A DNA stretch of 64,000 nt from Cyanobacteria bacterium P01_D01_bin.156. Its GTDB lineage: Bacteria; Cyanobacteriota; Cyanobacteriia; Phormidesmidales; Phormidesmidaceae. The notes below the pieces were generated by a model. That model ran no database searches. It was given only the letters and a program-made list of their open reading frames with translations, and was not told the origin of the DNA. The position numbers were made by a program, and so were the translations under genes. The DNA is taken from assembly GCA_039024555.1 (NCBI GenBank), contig JBCCQQ010000010.1, positions 32,001 to 96,000 on the forward strand, given 5' to 3'. How positions within the stretch are numbered: position 1 is the first letter of the stretch; each line of letters opens with the position of its first letter. This document shows, piece by piece, positions 22,250 to 32,903 of this stretch.

Positions 22250-25237
22250 ATGATTCCGAAGCGGCTAACCCTAATTAATTTTCTGAGTTATCGAGACGTG
22301 ACTCTCGATTTTTCAGGGCTGCACGTGGCTTGTATTTGCGGGGCAAACGGTGCAGGTAAGTCTTCTTTGTTGGAGGCTATGGGCTGGGTCGTGTGGGGCC
22401 ACAGCCGAGTTGCCACCGATGATGATGTAATTCACTTAGGGGCCAAAGAGGTCAAAGTTGAATTTCTTTTTGAGCATCAGGGACAGGTATACCGTATCCT
22501 GCGGGGCCGGCGACGGCGACAGGGTGGTTTTTTAGAATTTCAAATTGAGACAACTGAAGGATTTCGCAGTTTAACCCAGCGAGGGATGCGGGCAACGCAG
22601 CAACTGATTTTGCAGCATCTTAAGGTGGACTACGAAACGTTTATTCATTCAGCCTATTTGCGCCAGGGACGTGCGGATGAATTTATGCTGCGACGTCCAG
22701 GGGAGCGTAAGCAAATTTTGGCGGATTTGCTAAAGCTCAGTCAGTATGACCGCTTGGTGGAAAAGGCCCGAGACCGCTGTCGTAGCTACCAAGCTGAAAT
22801 TAAGGTGCTGGAGACAGCGCTGGTCCAGGCGGAAGAAACCTTGGCCCAGCGTAGTGCGATCGCAACTCACCATCAAACCCTGCAATCCCAAACCAGTCAG
22901 CAGCAAGAACAGCAGCAGACGACCCAGCAGATTCTTGACCAGCTGCGACAGCAGCAGGGTCAATGGCAGCAGCAGCAACAAGCCCTAAGCCATATCCAGC
23001 AACGTTTGCACCATCTACAGCAGCAGCAAAGTCAGCTGCAATCAGAATTGCTGCATTTACAGCAGCAGGGTCAAACCTTACAAACCGAGCTGGATCATGC
23101 CGTTGTGATTGAAGCGGGGTACGAACAACTACAAAAACAGCAGCAGGTAGAGATCGCCTACAGTCAGCGATTACCCCAATATCAGCAGGCCCAACAACAG
23201 CGTATGGAGCTCCTGGGTCAGCACCAGCGCGATCGCACCCATTTAGAAACGGCAATCCACCACGAAGAACGCCACCTGACATCCCTAGATGAAACCATTG
23301 CCGAACTGAAGCACGGTCAGCATCAGCGGGAAACCGTGGAAGTCACCCTGCAGCAGCTCCACCAGGCCCGGCGACAGTTGCGCAATCTGGATCAGCGTCA
23401 GGTGGAGATAGCTCCTCTGCAACAGCGTCGTCAGCAGGTGCACACCCAGCTTAAGCAGGCATCTGCCCGGTTAGAGGCTCGTCTAGAAGCCATTAGCCAA
23501 ACTCAGGCCACCTTAGCAGTGGAGCATCCGCCGGACCTACCCAAAACCTTGGCTGAAGTGCAGCATCAGCTTGTCTATCTGGAGCAGCGACGGGCTTACC
23601 AGGCTCAGGTAAGGCAAAAGGGACAGGAACGTCGAGACTTTATGGCCCTTTTGCAGACAGAGCAGCGTCAGTGTGAAGAACAGCTAGTGCAAGTGGACCA
23701 GAGGTTAGAACTTTTGAATCAGCCGGATGCCCACTGTCCCCTATGTGAACAACCTCTGACAGACCATGGTCCCCAGGTTTTAGAGCAGCTAAATCAGGAA
23801 CGAGAAACACTCCAGCAACGCATCTGGGGGATTCGGGAACAGCTCACTACCTCAGAGCGAGAGATTCAGGTACTGCGCCAGGAGTATCGTCAGCTGGAGA
23901 CAGAATTGGAACAGTACAGCCAAGTTCTACAGGAGCACGGCGCTCTACAGTCTCAACTGTCCGCCGCTGCCGAAGCCCAAACCCGGCTGCAGGCCCTAGA
24001 GCAGGAGCGCAACCATCTGGAGCAATGTTTAGATTCAGAAGACTATGGAACAGAGCTACAGCAGGAATATCAACAGCTAAAACAGCAAATTGCTCAGCTA
24101 GCCTATGATGAACGAGACCATGCCCTGGCTCGTAACCAGGTAGAGAAGCTGCGCTGGGCAGAATTTAAACAAGCAGAACTGGTTCAGGCTGAAAGACAAT
24201 TGGACCAGCTACAGGAAAAACGACGGTTGGCGGAGCAAGCCTTGTGTGAGTTAAAAACTCGACTGCTGCAGTTTGAGCAACCGCCTGACGACCTGTTGGC
24301 CCTGGATAAAACGCTGGCGGCCCTGGACTACGATCCTGAAGAACACCAGCGGCTACGGCAGCAGTTGCAAGCACTCTCCCAATGGCAGCTGCGCTATCAA
24401 ACGTTGCAACAGGCTCGGGCCACCTTGCCAACGTTAGACGAACGACGGCAGACGTTACTGCAAGCCCAGGCAGAGTATCAGCAGGAATGTCAACAGCTCC
24501 AGACCCAGCTGGATGCCATTAATGCTGACCTGCTACCAAATGTTAGTGAAAAAATTCAGGATTTGGAGATTACCCTGGCCCAGCTACAGGTTCAGCGTGA
24601 AGCACAACTGAGTCGGCTGGGGCGGTTGGAGCAGCAGCTCACTCAGTTAGATAGCTTGCAGCAGCAAACCGACGAACAGCGGCAACAACTGCATCAATAT
24701 CGTCATCAGTTCAAGGTGTACCAGGAGCTACAGCAAGCCTTTGGGAAAAATGGCATCCAGGCGCTGATGATTGAAAACCTGCTGCCCCAGCTAGAGGCGG
24801 AAACAAATCAGATTTTGGGACGCCTCAGCGCGCACCAGCTCCATGTGCAGTTTGTGACCCAGCGTTCGGGGCGTACTGACCGTAAGAGGCTGATCGATAC
24901 GTTAGATATTCTGGTGGCGGATACCCAGGGCACCCGAGCCTATGAGACTTACTCTGGCGGTGAAGCATTTCGGGTCAACTTTGCAATTCGCCTGGCCCTA
25001 GCACGGCTGCTGGCCCAGCGGTCTGGACTGGCACTGCAGATGCTGATTATTGATGAGGGGTTTGGCACCCAAGATAAGGCAGGATGCGATCGCTTAGTGG
25101 CCGCGATTAATGCGATCGCTCCAGACTTTGCCTGTATTTTGTCCGTTACTCACATGCCCCACTTTCGTGAAGCATTTCAGACCCGTATTGATGTTACAAA
25201 AACTGAAATGGGCTCCCAGGTAAGAATATCGGGCTAG
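22250..25237 (+). CDS. sbcC: SbcC/Rad50-family exonuclease ATPase subunit
   Basis: Walker A GANGAGKS, long coiled coil, Zn-hook CPLC, signature YSGGE, Walker B IIDEGFG. Confidence 0.92.
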   Translation: MIPKRLTLINFLSYRDVTLDFSGLHVACICGANGAGKSSLLEAMGWVVWGHSRVATDDDVIHLGAKEVKVEFLFEHQGQVYRILRGRRRRQGGFLEFQIETTEGFRSLTQRGMRATQQLILQHLKVDYETFIHSAYLRQGRADEFMLRRPGERKQILADLLKLSQYDRLVEKARDRCRSYQAEIKVLETALVQAEETLAQRSAIATHHQTLQSQTSQQQEQQQTTQQILDQLRQQQGQWQQQQQALSHIQQRLHHLQQQQSQLQSELLHLQQQGQTLQTELDHAVVIEAGYEQLQKQQQVEIAYSQRLPQYQQAQQQRMELLGQHQRDRTHLETAIHHEERHLTSLDETIAELKHGQHQRETVEVTLQQLHQARRQLRNLDQRQVEIAPLQQRRQQVHTQLKQASARLEARLEAISQTQATLAVEHPPDLPKTLAEVQHQLVYLEQRRAYQAQVRQKGQERRDFMALLQTEQRQCEEQLVQVDQRLELLNQPDAHCPLCEQPLTDHGPQVLEQLNQERETLQQRIWGIREQLTTSEREIQVLRQEYRQLETELEQYSQVLQEHGALQSQLSAAAEAQTRLQALEQERNHLEQCLDSEDYGTELQQEYQQLKQQIAQLAYDERDHALARNQVEKLRWAEFKQAELVQAERQLDQLQEKRRLAEQALCELKTRLLQFEQPPDDLLALDKTLAALDYDPEEHQRLRQQLQALSQWQLRYQTLQQARATLPTLDERRQTLLQAQAEYQQECQQLQTQLDAINADLLPNVSEKIQDLEITLAQLQVQREAQLSRLGRLEQQLTQLDSLQQQTDEQRQQLHQYRHQFKVYQELQQAFGKNGIQALMIENLLPQLEAETNQILGRLSAHQLHVQFVTQRSGRTDRKRLIDTLDILVADTQGTRAYETYSGGEAFRVNFAIRLALARLLAQRSGLALQMLIIDEGFGTQDKAGCDRLVAAINAIAPDFACILSVTHMPHFREAFQTRIDVTKTEMGSQVRISG

Positions 25238-25617
25238 ATAGTAAGCGATAGGGGCAATTAAGGTATGTGTGGTTTCGTCACAGATATGACATAAAATAAC
25301 CACAGGTTTTCGTGATTTTGTAGTCTATGTAACAGCCTCGTTGACCACGTAAGTTCCAGTTTGCCAAATTGTTGTTCCGAGAAAACAGATTTTTGGCAAT
25401 TGTGGCGATGAGGCCTTTAATTTTTAGAGAATGAGAATATTTGTCGCTGACAGAGAGCCAGCACTGGTTCTGTTAAAGAAAAAATATGACCGAGTGATTC
25501 GAGAGTGCGACAGCCAGTATTGCGAACATCTCAGGTGGATCTTTAACCATCCTAATGTCTAGGTAACTTAGTTCAATCGCTCGGTACCCTAGGCGATGCA
25601 GTCCGCCATAGCATTTT

Positions 25618-27054
25618 ATGCAAGTCCAAACACCCGACTGGGTTAAGCATGCCGTCTTCTACCAAATTTTTCCCGATCGCTTTGCCCGTACCCAGCGGCA
25701 GCCTTTACCCCCAGCTATGCATGTCCCTCTAGAGGCGTGGGATGCACCACCTACGTTGGAGGGCTATAAGGGCGGTGATCTGTGGGGAGTGGCAGAAAAC
25801 TTAGACTATCTGAAAGACCTAGGGGTAAATGCCATTTACTTTACCCCCATTTTTCAGTCCGCCAGTAACCACCGTTATCACACCCACGACTACTACCAGG
25901 TAGATCCGTTGCTGGGGGGCAATGAAGCCTTTGCCGATTTGTTGAAAGCGGCCCACCAAAGAGAGATTAAAGTTGTTCTCGATGGGGTGTTTAACCATGC
26001 CAGTCGGGGCTTCTTTTTCTTTAACGATATTCTCGAAAATGGGCCTAGCTCCCCCTGGCTTGACTGGTTCAAGATAGAAGGCTGGCCCCTGTCTGCCTAC
26101 GATGGAGCAAAACCCGCCAACTATGAGAGCTGGTGGGACAATCGAGCCCTGCCGGAGTTTAACCACGACAATCCCCAGGTGCGGGAATACATTATGCAAA
26201 TAGCCGAGTACTGGCTGCGTCAGGGAATTGACGGCTGGCGGCTGGATGTTCCCTTCGACGTTAAAGCAGATGGATTCTGGCAAGAGTTCCGAGAACGGGT
26301 AAAGGCCGTTAACCCAGAAGCCTACATTGTGGGAGAGATTTGGACCGATGCTCGACAGTGGTTGGATGGTACTCAGTTTGACGGGGTGATGAACTATCTG
26401 TTTACTGGACCCGCTCTAGCGTTTACGGCCAAAGACAACGTAGTTATGAAACTGGTGGAGCAGCCGGCCTATTTTCCCTATCCTGCTTTAGATGCCCAGG
26501 GCTATGGGACAAAGATAGATGAGTTGTTGGCATTGTATCCGTGGGAGATTCAACTGACCCAGCTAAATCTGTTGTCTAGCCACGATGTTGCCCGTGCCCT
26601 AACGGTTATCAGTGACGATCAGACTAGTTTTGAGCTAGCCGTGCTGTTGCAGATGACCTTTCCAGGTGCTCCCAGTATCTACTACGGTGACGAAGTGGGG
26701 GTGGCGGGTGCCCACGATCCAGACTGTCGTCGTGGCTTTCCCGCAAGTGCTCAGTGGAATCAAGAACTACTCACACTCCACAAGGAACTGATTGCCCTAC
26801 GTCACGCTCACCCGGCTTTACGCACAGGCCGTTATAAAACGGTTGTAGCGGAGGGCGATACCTATGGCTTTGTCCGTAGTGAAGGGGGTGAAGCCTTACT
26901 GATTGTTATTAATACGGGTGAAACTGCACATCAGATTACGCTCTCGGATATGGAGTTAACCCCCCGCTTACTTTGGGGAACCGCTACTATTGACGCGGCT
27001 AATCATCGCCTTGAGGTGCCACCACGGGCAGGGGCCATCCTCATTGAGGACTAA
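25618..27054 (+). CDS. nplT: GH13 neopullulanase/cyclomaltodextrinase
   Basis: FYQIFPDRF, DGVFNH, GWRLDV, VGEIW, SHD, YYGDE. Confidence 0.9.
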   Translation: MQVQTPDWVKHAVFYQIFPDRFARTQRQPLPPAMHVPLEAWDAPPTLEGYKGGDLWGVAENLDYLKDLGVNAIYFTPIFQSASNHRYHTHDYYQVDPLLGGNEAFADLLKAAHQREIKVVLDGVFNHASRGFFFFNDILENGPSSPWLDWFKIEGWPLSAYDGAKPANYESWWDNRALPEFNHDNPQVREYIMQIAEYWLRQGIDGWRLDVPFDVKADGFWQEFRERVKAVNPEAYIVGEIWTDARQWLDGTQFDGVMNYLFTGPALAFTAKDNVVMKLVEQPAYFPYPALDAQGYGTKIDELLALYPWEIQLTQLNLLSSHDVARALTVISDDQTSFELAVLLQMTFPGAPSIYYGDEVGVAGAHDPDCRRGFPASAQWNQELLTLHKELIALRHAHPALRTGRYKTVVAEGDTYGFVRSEGGEALLIVINTGETAHQITLSDMELTPRLLWGTATIDAANHRLEVPPRAGAILIED

Positions 27055-27072
27055 TGGTAGTTATTAATGGGG

Positions 27073-27711
27073 TCAGTTACTTTGTAGCAGCCAAACATTT
27101 TCTGTGGCGGCACATTTTCCTTTAAGACCACCAGGCACCTGATTGCTGTTTAACAGATTTAATGTATAGCCGTTGTCATAGTGGTGGCAAACTTCCTCAG
27201 CGCTAATGGAAAATGGTGGGCCTTGCATTACGGTTTGGTCGTATTCGTAGCTGACGAGTAGCTGTGGTGCCGTAGCCGTAATCTCCATGAGATGGGTAGT
27301 ATATCGAGGACGTATCTCCTGGGGCAAGGCCACTAAAGCCGCTCTGTCGTAAATGGCATTGATGGAACCCAACATCGTGCTAGACAGATCAAAAATATTA
27401 CCGACAAAGATGTCGATATTTTCTGCGCTATAGCGTTTGAGTTTGCCAGTATCTGAAATGGTTGGCTCTACGTCAAGTTCTTGAAATAGCTGTTCAATGG
27501 CTATTTCGATTAATTCAGCTCCGGCAACCCGATAGCCACGGGATAAGAGCCAAGCAATGTCGAGGGTTTTGCCACAAAGCGGTACAAATACGCGGGCGCC
27601 CTCACTTAAAGCAAGCTTTTCGAAGTGATTGACCAATAGAGGATTTGCTTTACTTCTGTGGAACGCAATTTGATTTTGCTCCCACTTTTGACGCCAAAAA
27701 CCTGTGTCCAT
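27073..27711 (-). CDS. tpm: Thiopurine S-methyltransferase
   Basis: FW..KW..NQIAFH, RVFVPLCGK, YDRAALVALP, GPPFS. Confidence 0.9.
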   Translation of the reverse strand: MDTGFWRQKWEQNQIAFHRSKANPLLVNHFEKLALSEGARVFVPLCGKTLDIAWLLSRGYRVAGAELIEIAIEQLFQELDVEPTISDTGKLKRYSAENIDIFVGNIFDLSSTMLGSINAIYDRAALVALPQEIRPRYTTHLMEITATAPQLLVSYEYDQTVMQGPPFSISAEEVCHHYDNGYTLNLLNSNQVPGGLKGKCAATENVWLLQSN

Positions 27712-27894
27712 ACTATTTGGGGCGTTGCCGACCGTTTGGATGATTTAATCCATCACATTCCGAGGATCGAATAGTTTTGTGGATCGCTCCATCCGTCAAG
27801 GCAGCAACGATTTATAGAATCTTGTTCTTTACCTGACCATTATGGACGATGTTTAGACCGTTTTGCCTGGTTCCGGCTGAACGATACAATCTCG

Positions 27895-28596
27895 ATGCAG
27901 GTGCCCCTCAAGAAACCAATGGCTGAACCCTCTAGTCCCAATCATGCTGTATTTAGTGAACAGACACTTCAACAGATGATGCAGCGGGCCAATATTTCTA
28001 GCCAACGGGCTTTGGCTGAGCAGGCAGGGGTTTCTCGCTGGCAGGTGCAACAGCTACGCCAAGGCAACATTGATACGATGCGGTTAGCGGTTCTCAAAAA
28101 ACTAGCGTTGGCGTTGGAGTGTGCCTTGTCTGAGTTATTAGACGCATTTGATTCAACCTCAACAGGGTTAGAAAAGACGACTGGAGACCCTAGTGAACAA
28201 AATGAAGTAACTCTCCTGCGACAGGAATATGCTCGCTTGGAACAACGGTTAGAACAACAAAGCCAGAGTCTAAAGACACAATTTCAAGCGGAGTCGTTGC
28301 AAGTATTGGAGTCTTGGCTAACCTATTGGCCTACAGCTGCTAAAGCTGCTGCCGAGCGCGATGGGTTTGATGCAAAAAAGCTATTGCCGCTGGTAAAACC
28401 TGTTGAGCGCCTGATGGAAACTTGGGATGTTATATCTATTGGTACGGTGGGTGAACAACTTCCCTATGATCCACAACAGCACCAGTTGGCCAGAGGGGTG
28501 GCCCAATCTGGTGAGCTGGTGCGTATTAGTCATGTAGGGTACCGTCACAGAGACAATCTGCTGCAGCGGACCAAAGTAGTCCCGATTACTCCTTAA
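27895..28596 (+). CDS. XRE-HTH protein with coiled coil and GrpE-like C-terminus
   Basis: SQRALAEQAGVSRWQV HTH; C-terminal YDPQQHQL...VGY...RTKV. Confidence 0.75.
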   Translation: MQVPLKKPMAEPSSPNHAVFSEQTLQQMMQRANISSQRALAEQAGVSRWQVQQLRQGNIDTMRLAVLKKLALALECALSELLDAFDSTSTGLEKTTGDPSEQNEVTLLRQEYARLEQRLEQQSQSLKTQFQAESLQVLESWLTYWPTAAKAAAERDGFDAKKLLPLVKPVERLMETWDVISIGTVGEQLPYDPQQHQLARGVAQSGELVRISHVGYRHRDNLLQRTKVVPITP

Positions 28597-28936
28597 AAGA
28601 ACACTCCACGGTGATTTGTAAGTTCGCTTCAGCACTGCCCTCTGTAATATAGGGAATACCTGCAGAACCAGCGATTTTAAGACCAAATTCCAGATTTACC
28701 TTATCTACATTGCCACTGCCTAATTCTTGGAAAGCATTGAGGACATATCGGGTGTATTGGGTAATGGTGTTTTTTACGGTGGGTAGCTGCTGTTGTATTG
28801 CCGATGAAGCGGAGCCCTTTGACACCCGCCCAGACTCACCACTGGTGCTTGGAGCTGTTGGTACATCATTACGATCCACAGCCTCAATATAGATCGTGGT
28901 GCCGTCGTCTAAGGTAATCGGTGCAAGTTGAGTCAT
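28586..28936 (-). CDS. CU044_2847/Trypco1-like protein
   Basis: LDDGTTIYIEA, VNLEFGLKI..AGIPYITEGSAEANLQITV. Confidence 0.7.
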   Translation of the reverse strand: MTQLAPITLDDGTTIYIEAVDRNDVPTAPSTSGESGRVSKGSASSAIQQQLPTVKNTITQYTRYVLNAFQELGSGNVDKVNLEFGLKIAGSAGIPYITEGSAEANLQITVECSFKE

Positions 28937-29053
28937 TGTTTGTACTTAAGTAGATGCTGTTCTTTCTATACCCAGTTTGAAAGACTCACTATCGTTGATA
29001 TGAAAATGCAGTGGGTGAAGTTAGTCAGCTTTTAGACCATTTGCTTAACCATT

Positions 29054-29072
29054 ATTGAAAATATTTATTAAT
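29054..29072. promoter_or_regulatory. Putative Fur box upstream of the fur paralog
   Basis: ATTGAAAAT-A-TTTATTAAT, an imperfect 9-1-9 repeat; a weaker match lies at 29265-29283. Confidence 0.4.
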
Positions 29073-29374
29073 TACCCTGTAGACGTGATTGCAAGTGACT
29101 GAATATACTTATTGGGAGCTATAGCTAACTATAAAATCTTAGTAGCGTTGGTTTATGGCTCTATATTTAATAGATATGGTGTTTAGAACTATTGATGTGA
29201 AACGGTGTTACTAACTTTGAAAGGCTGAATTAGTGTATGCGCTCCCTATCTAATGCCGTTTATAAATAAGAATGAGTATCGATTTAACTAATGTAATCCG
29301 TACATCGATAGGCCGGTACATAGCCCCAACGGTATGGCCCAAGGCACTTCGAATCTGTTTCAAGAAAACACGCC

Positions 29375-29833
29375 ATGTCGTTCTATTCAGATGATGTCTG
29401 GAAAGCTGAGCTCAATTCTCGTGGTTATCGCTCCACACCCCAGCGTCAGAAAATTCTCAACATTTTCCAAACTCTAAGCCAGGGCAACCATTTGAGTGCT
29501 GAAGAACTCCATGAGCTGCTTAGGCGTGACGGCGAACGTATCAGCCTTTCAACGGTTTATCGCACATTGCATCTATTGGTATACATGGGACTGCTTAGAG
29601 AACTCGAATTTGCCGAAGGGCATAAGCATTACGAACTCAACCGTCCACTACGGGATCACCACCATCACCTAGTGTGTGTTCAATGTGGGCAAACCACAGA
29701 GTTTAGTGAAAATAATATTGACCGCATTAGCCAAGGCCATGCCGATAGTTCCGGCTATCACGTGCTGGATTGTCAGCTGATGTTGTATGGCGTCTGCCCC
29801 AGCTGTCGCTCGCGCAGTGCAGCGTCAGGTTAG
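29375..29833 (+). CDS. fur: Fur family regulator (FurA-like)
   Basis: TPQR..IL, HLSAEE, ISLSTVYRTL, GHKHYE, HHHHLVCVQCG, CPSC. Confidence 0.88.
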   Translation: MSFYSDDVWKAELNSRGYRSTPQRQKILNIFQTLSQGNHLSAEELHELLRRDGERISLSTVYRTLHLLVYMGLLRELEFAEGHKHYELNRPLRDHHHHLVCVQCGQTTEFSENNIDRISQGHADSSGYHVLDCQLMLYGVCPSCRSRSAASG

Positions 29834-30415
29834 ACAGTTTGTCAGGATTAATTTCTATTTAACGTAAGAAAATCTAGTCCACACTTTAAGGTTATTGATA
29901 TAGATCTGCAATAACCTGATCCATAGCCATAGAAATAAATCAATGGCTACGGATATAAGAACAAATATCAATAGAGACTTTTTTAAGGACGTAGGTGATT
30001 TTTGGCATTACTTAGCAACTGTACAGGTATATTGTCTTGTGTTGCTAAGACTCAATAGTAGTATTTTATGTGCATTGACAGGGCTAAGTTTTCCTAAACC
30101 TCTTTATTTCCAGTGATCTAAAAGATTCTACTTAGCATTTCATGGACTCAAACGGATTATTTTTATTAGCTATTGATGTCAATAAGCTTTTATGGGATAA
30201 TTCTGCGTGTTCTGTAAAATTACTGATAATTAGACCTAATAATGATTTTGCTTTGCGATAGGGACTGTTTGTAGGCAGTTCAATGTTGCCTGGTCAAAGT
30301 TCAGGACAATGGTCTATTTCGGTGGTTTTTGGTGAATGCCAAATCAGATCGAACGGTACTTTTTCGAATCGCTCTACTGTCTAGTTTCCATTTTTAGAAA
30401 AAATTTTCCGATGGA

Positions 30416-30434
30416 AATGAAAATAGCTTCTAAT
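30416..30434. promoter_or_regulatory. Putative Fur box upstream of futA
   Basis: AATGAAAAT-A-GCTTCTAAT, about 55 bp before the futA ATG. Confidence 0.4.
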
Positions 30435-30489
30435 AGGCTGGATTGTTTTGACATAGTGCGGCAGTAGTCAACCAGAAGGATCGGAATCT

Positions 30490-31542
30490 ATGAAATTTTC
30501 ACGACGTTCTCTTTTGATTAGCGGTGCTGGTTCTACAGCAGCATTTGCAGCAACTCAAGTATTTCGTCCCAAGCGGGGGGTAGCCCAGACCGGTGCTGTA
30601 AACCTCTATTCGTCTCGTCACTACAACACTGACGATGTCCTCTACGAAGAGTTTACTAACAAGACAGGCATCCGAGTTAATTTGCTGGAAGGTAAGGCAG
30701 ATGAACTCTTAGAGCGGATCAAGGCTGAAGGCGATCGCAGTCCTGCGGATGTGTTTATGACCGTAGACGCGGGTCGTCTATGGCGTGCAGATCAAGCAGG
30801 TGTCTTTACCCCTGTGTCTTCTAGCACGTTAGAAGCGCGTATTCCTGAGAGTCTGCGTCATCCTGATGGTCACTGGTTTGGTTTTTCCAGACGGGCGCGG
30901 GTGTTCATGTACAACAAAGGTATGATTGATCCTGCTGACCTATCTACCTACGAGAGTCTGGCAGATCCCCGTTGGAGCGGTAAGATCTTGACCCGTTCTT
31001 CTAGCAATATCTATAGCCAGTCTTTAACGGCTTCTATCATTGCAGCCAATGGTGCTGCCGCTGCCGAGCGCTGGGCTAGGGCATTTGTAGCGAACTTTGC
31101 CCGTACTCCTGAGGGGAATGACCGTGCCCAAATCGAAGCCGCTGCTGCTGGCTTGGGTGGCCTAGCAATTGCTAATACCTATTACCTACCCCGCTACGCT
31201 AAGGATTCAGACCCTGCTAAGCAGGATATTTTTAAGAAGGTTGGTGTTTTCTTCCCTAACCAAGATGGACGCGGTACTCACGTGAATATTAGTGGTGCAG
31301 GTGTAGTTAAGTCTGCTCCTAACAAGGAGAATGCTATTAAGTTCTTAGAGTACCTCTCCAGTAACGTGGCCCAAACATTCTTTGCTCAAGGTAACAATGA
31401 GTATCCTGTTGTTGCAGGTACCCCAGTAGATCCTGTTGTAGGTGCATTTGGCCAGTTTGACCCTGATACTGTTAACGTTAATGAGCTGGGTGAAAATCAG
31501 GCTGAAGCTGTTCGTATCATGGACCGCGCTGGTTGGGCATAA
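30490..31542 (+). CDS. futA: Fe(III) ABC transporter substrate-binding protein (FutA/IdiA)
   Basis: Tat motif SRRSLL, YSSRHY, TVDAGRL, ANTYY, THVNISG, NNEYP. Confidence 0.93.
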   Translation: MKFSRRSLLISGAGSTAAFAATQVFRPKRGVAQTGAVNLYSSRHYNTDDVLYEEFTNKTGIRVNLLEGKADELLERIKAEGDRSPADVFMTVDAGRLWRADQAGVFTPVSSSTLEARIPESLRHPDGHWFGFSRRARVFMYNKGMIDPADLSTYESLADPRWSGKILTRSSSNIYSQSLTASIIAANGAAAAERWARAFVANFARTPEGNDRAQIEAAAAGLGGLAIANTYYLPRYAKDSDPAKQDIFKKVGVFFPNQDGRGTHVNISGAGVVKSAPNKENAIKFLEYLSSNVAQTFFAQGNNEYPVVAGTPVDPVVGAFGQFDPDTVNVNELGENQAEAVRIMDRAGWA

Positions 31543-31641
31543 GCCTTATGGCCACAGATATATGAGGTTCACCCCGATAAAATCATCGGGGTGCAATGCT
31601 TATCCAGATAATTAGAGCGAGAAACACATTCCTCTCTAAAG

Positions 31642-31682
31642 ACACCTTGCTACATTGGTTCAATATGGCAAGGTGTTTTCTT
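31642..31682 (+). terminator. Terminator hairpin after futA
   Basis: ACACCTTGC...GCAAGGTGT stem followed by a T-rich tract; a second hairpin CACCCCGAT/ATCGGGGTG lies at 31570-31593. Confidence 0.6.
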
Positions 31683-31713
31683 GCATGTCTTTTTAGGAGA
31701 TAGTTTGAAGCAA

Positions 31714-32487
31714 CTAGACTTCTTCAGTATTTAAGGTTTCTAGATCTGCCCGAGTAATAATTTCTGGTGTGATGAGGTAAAAAACGCTAGCCAGTCCTTC
31801 TCCAAAGACATTGAGATACTTTACTTCAGCGTTTGGATCACTGGGCTTGTTTATTTTGAAGATAGTTTGGTTGTTGTATCGCTCATCATCTTCTGGAGTC
31901 ACGTCATCCAGTGTGTAACCCTGATCTTCTAAATCCTTTTTGAGGGCTTTGGCTGCATCACTAAAGTTCTTGTCATCTACGGTACGACAGTTTTCTAAAC
32001 CATAGCTACCACAGCCAGATGCTGACCCGGCAATATGGGGAAAGTCATCATTAAAGACAAAAGCAATGCCCGCTTCGGGACCATTATCTTCAGGCTCTGG
32101 TAATGTTTCTTCTTCGAATGTTGGTTCCAGGTCATCCAATTCTTCGAAATCTTCAGTGTTTTCTATGATTTCGGGAAGTTCTTCAGGGAGCTCAACGAGT
32201 AGTGGTTCTTGGATTACCTCAGAAGCTGCAACGGGTTCTGCAGGCTCAATTACTTCAGGTTCTGGAACTGCGGGTTCGGGGGCTGTAACACTGGGGAGAG
32301 TAGTCAGTGAGATCGCGCCGCTTTCCTCCAAAATATCCTTAGGTTCAGGTTCTTCTGCAGTTGACCACCATTTAGGCGCAGGCATCAGTAGCAGCACCCC
32401 ATGGAGCGCCACCGATAAAATAACCAAGAACCATAAACCTGAACTGGCTGGCAAACGATTTATTAAAGATGGCTTAACCAACGCCAT
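31714..32487 (-). CDS. Membrane-anchored acidic Pro/Glu-rich protein with a TonB-like SxxxH anchor
   Basis: TM ILSVALHGVLL, EPEP-rich spacer, C-terminal domain with two Cys that is not recognisably TonB_C. Confidence 0.65.
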   Translation of the reverse strand: MALVKPSLINRLPASSGLWFLVILSVALHGVLLLMPAPKWWSTAEEPEPKDILEESGAISLTTLPSVTAPEPAVPEPEVIEPAEPVAASEVIQEPLLVELPEELPEIIENTEDFEELDDLEPTFEEETLPEPEDNGPEAGIAFVFNDDFPHIAGSASGCGSYGLENCRTVDDKNFSDAAKALKKDLEDQGYTLDDVTPEDDERYNNQTIFKINKPSDPNAEVKYLNVFGEGLASVFYLITPEIITRADLETLNTEEV

Positions 32488-32903
32488 AGATTATCGTTGT
32501 TTCAGCTTACTGTCATCAGTTTAACCCGAATTGATATCCCTATTGCGACTGGCTCCTTTAAAGTTTTGGATGGTTAACTATCAAAACTGATATCAGTCTA
32601 TCCGGCTGAAGTGATTGATGAACAATGCTTATATAGGTGATGCTTATCAAGCTAAGTAGGCTGTACCCTTCTACTAGAAAAAATAGTAAAGATTTAACTA
32701 TTGATACAGCCTGTCATCTAGACGTTTTAACAATGAGTGCAGCTCTTACCTGACTGGAGAAAGTCTATAGGCAGAAAAAATCTTGGGAAGAATCTACACA
32801 TCATTTAGCCCCATAATTTGTCTCTCCTATTTTTAAGTCTTTTTTCTCTAGGATTGAGCAAGACGCTAGAAAAACATAAATGTGGGCTTTTCGAGAGAAA
32901 ATT

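Noticed and set aside
22880..23080. CAG/Gln-rich tract in sbcC
   Set aside because: Ordinary coiled-coil composition.
31621..31682. IsaR1-like iron sRNA after futA
   Set aside because: Only a short CCTCTC resemblance; better explained as the futA terminator.
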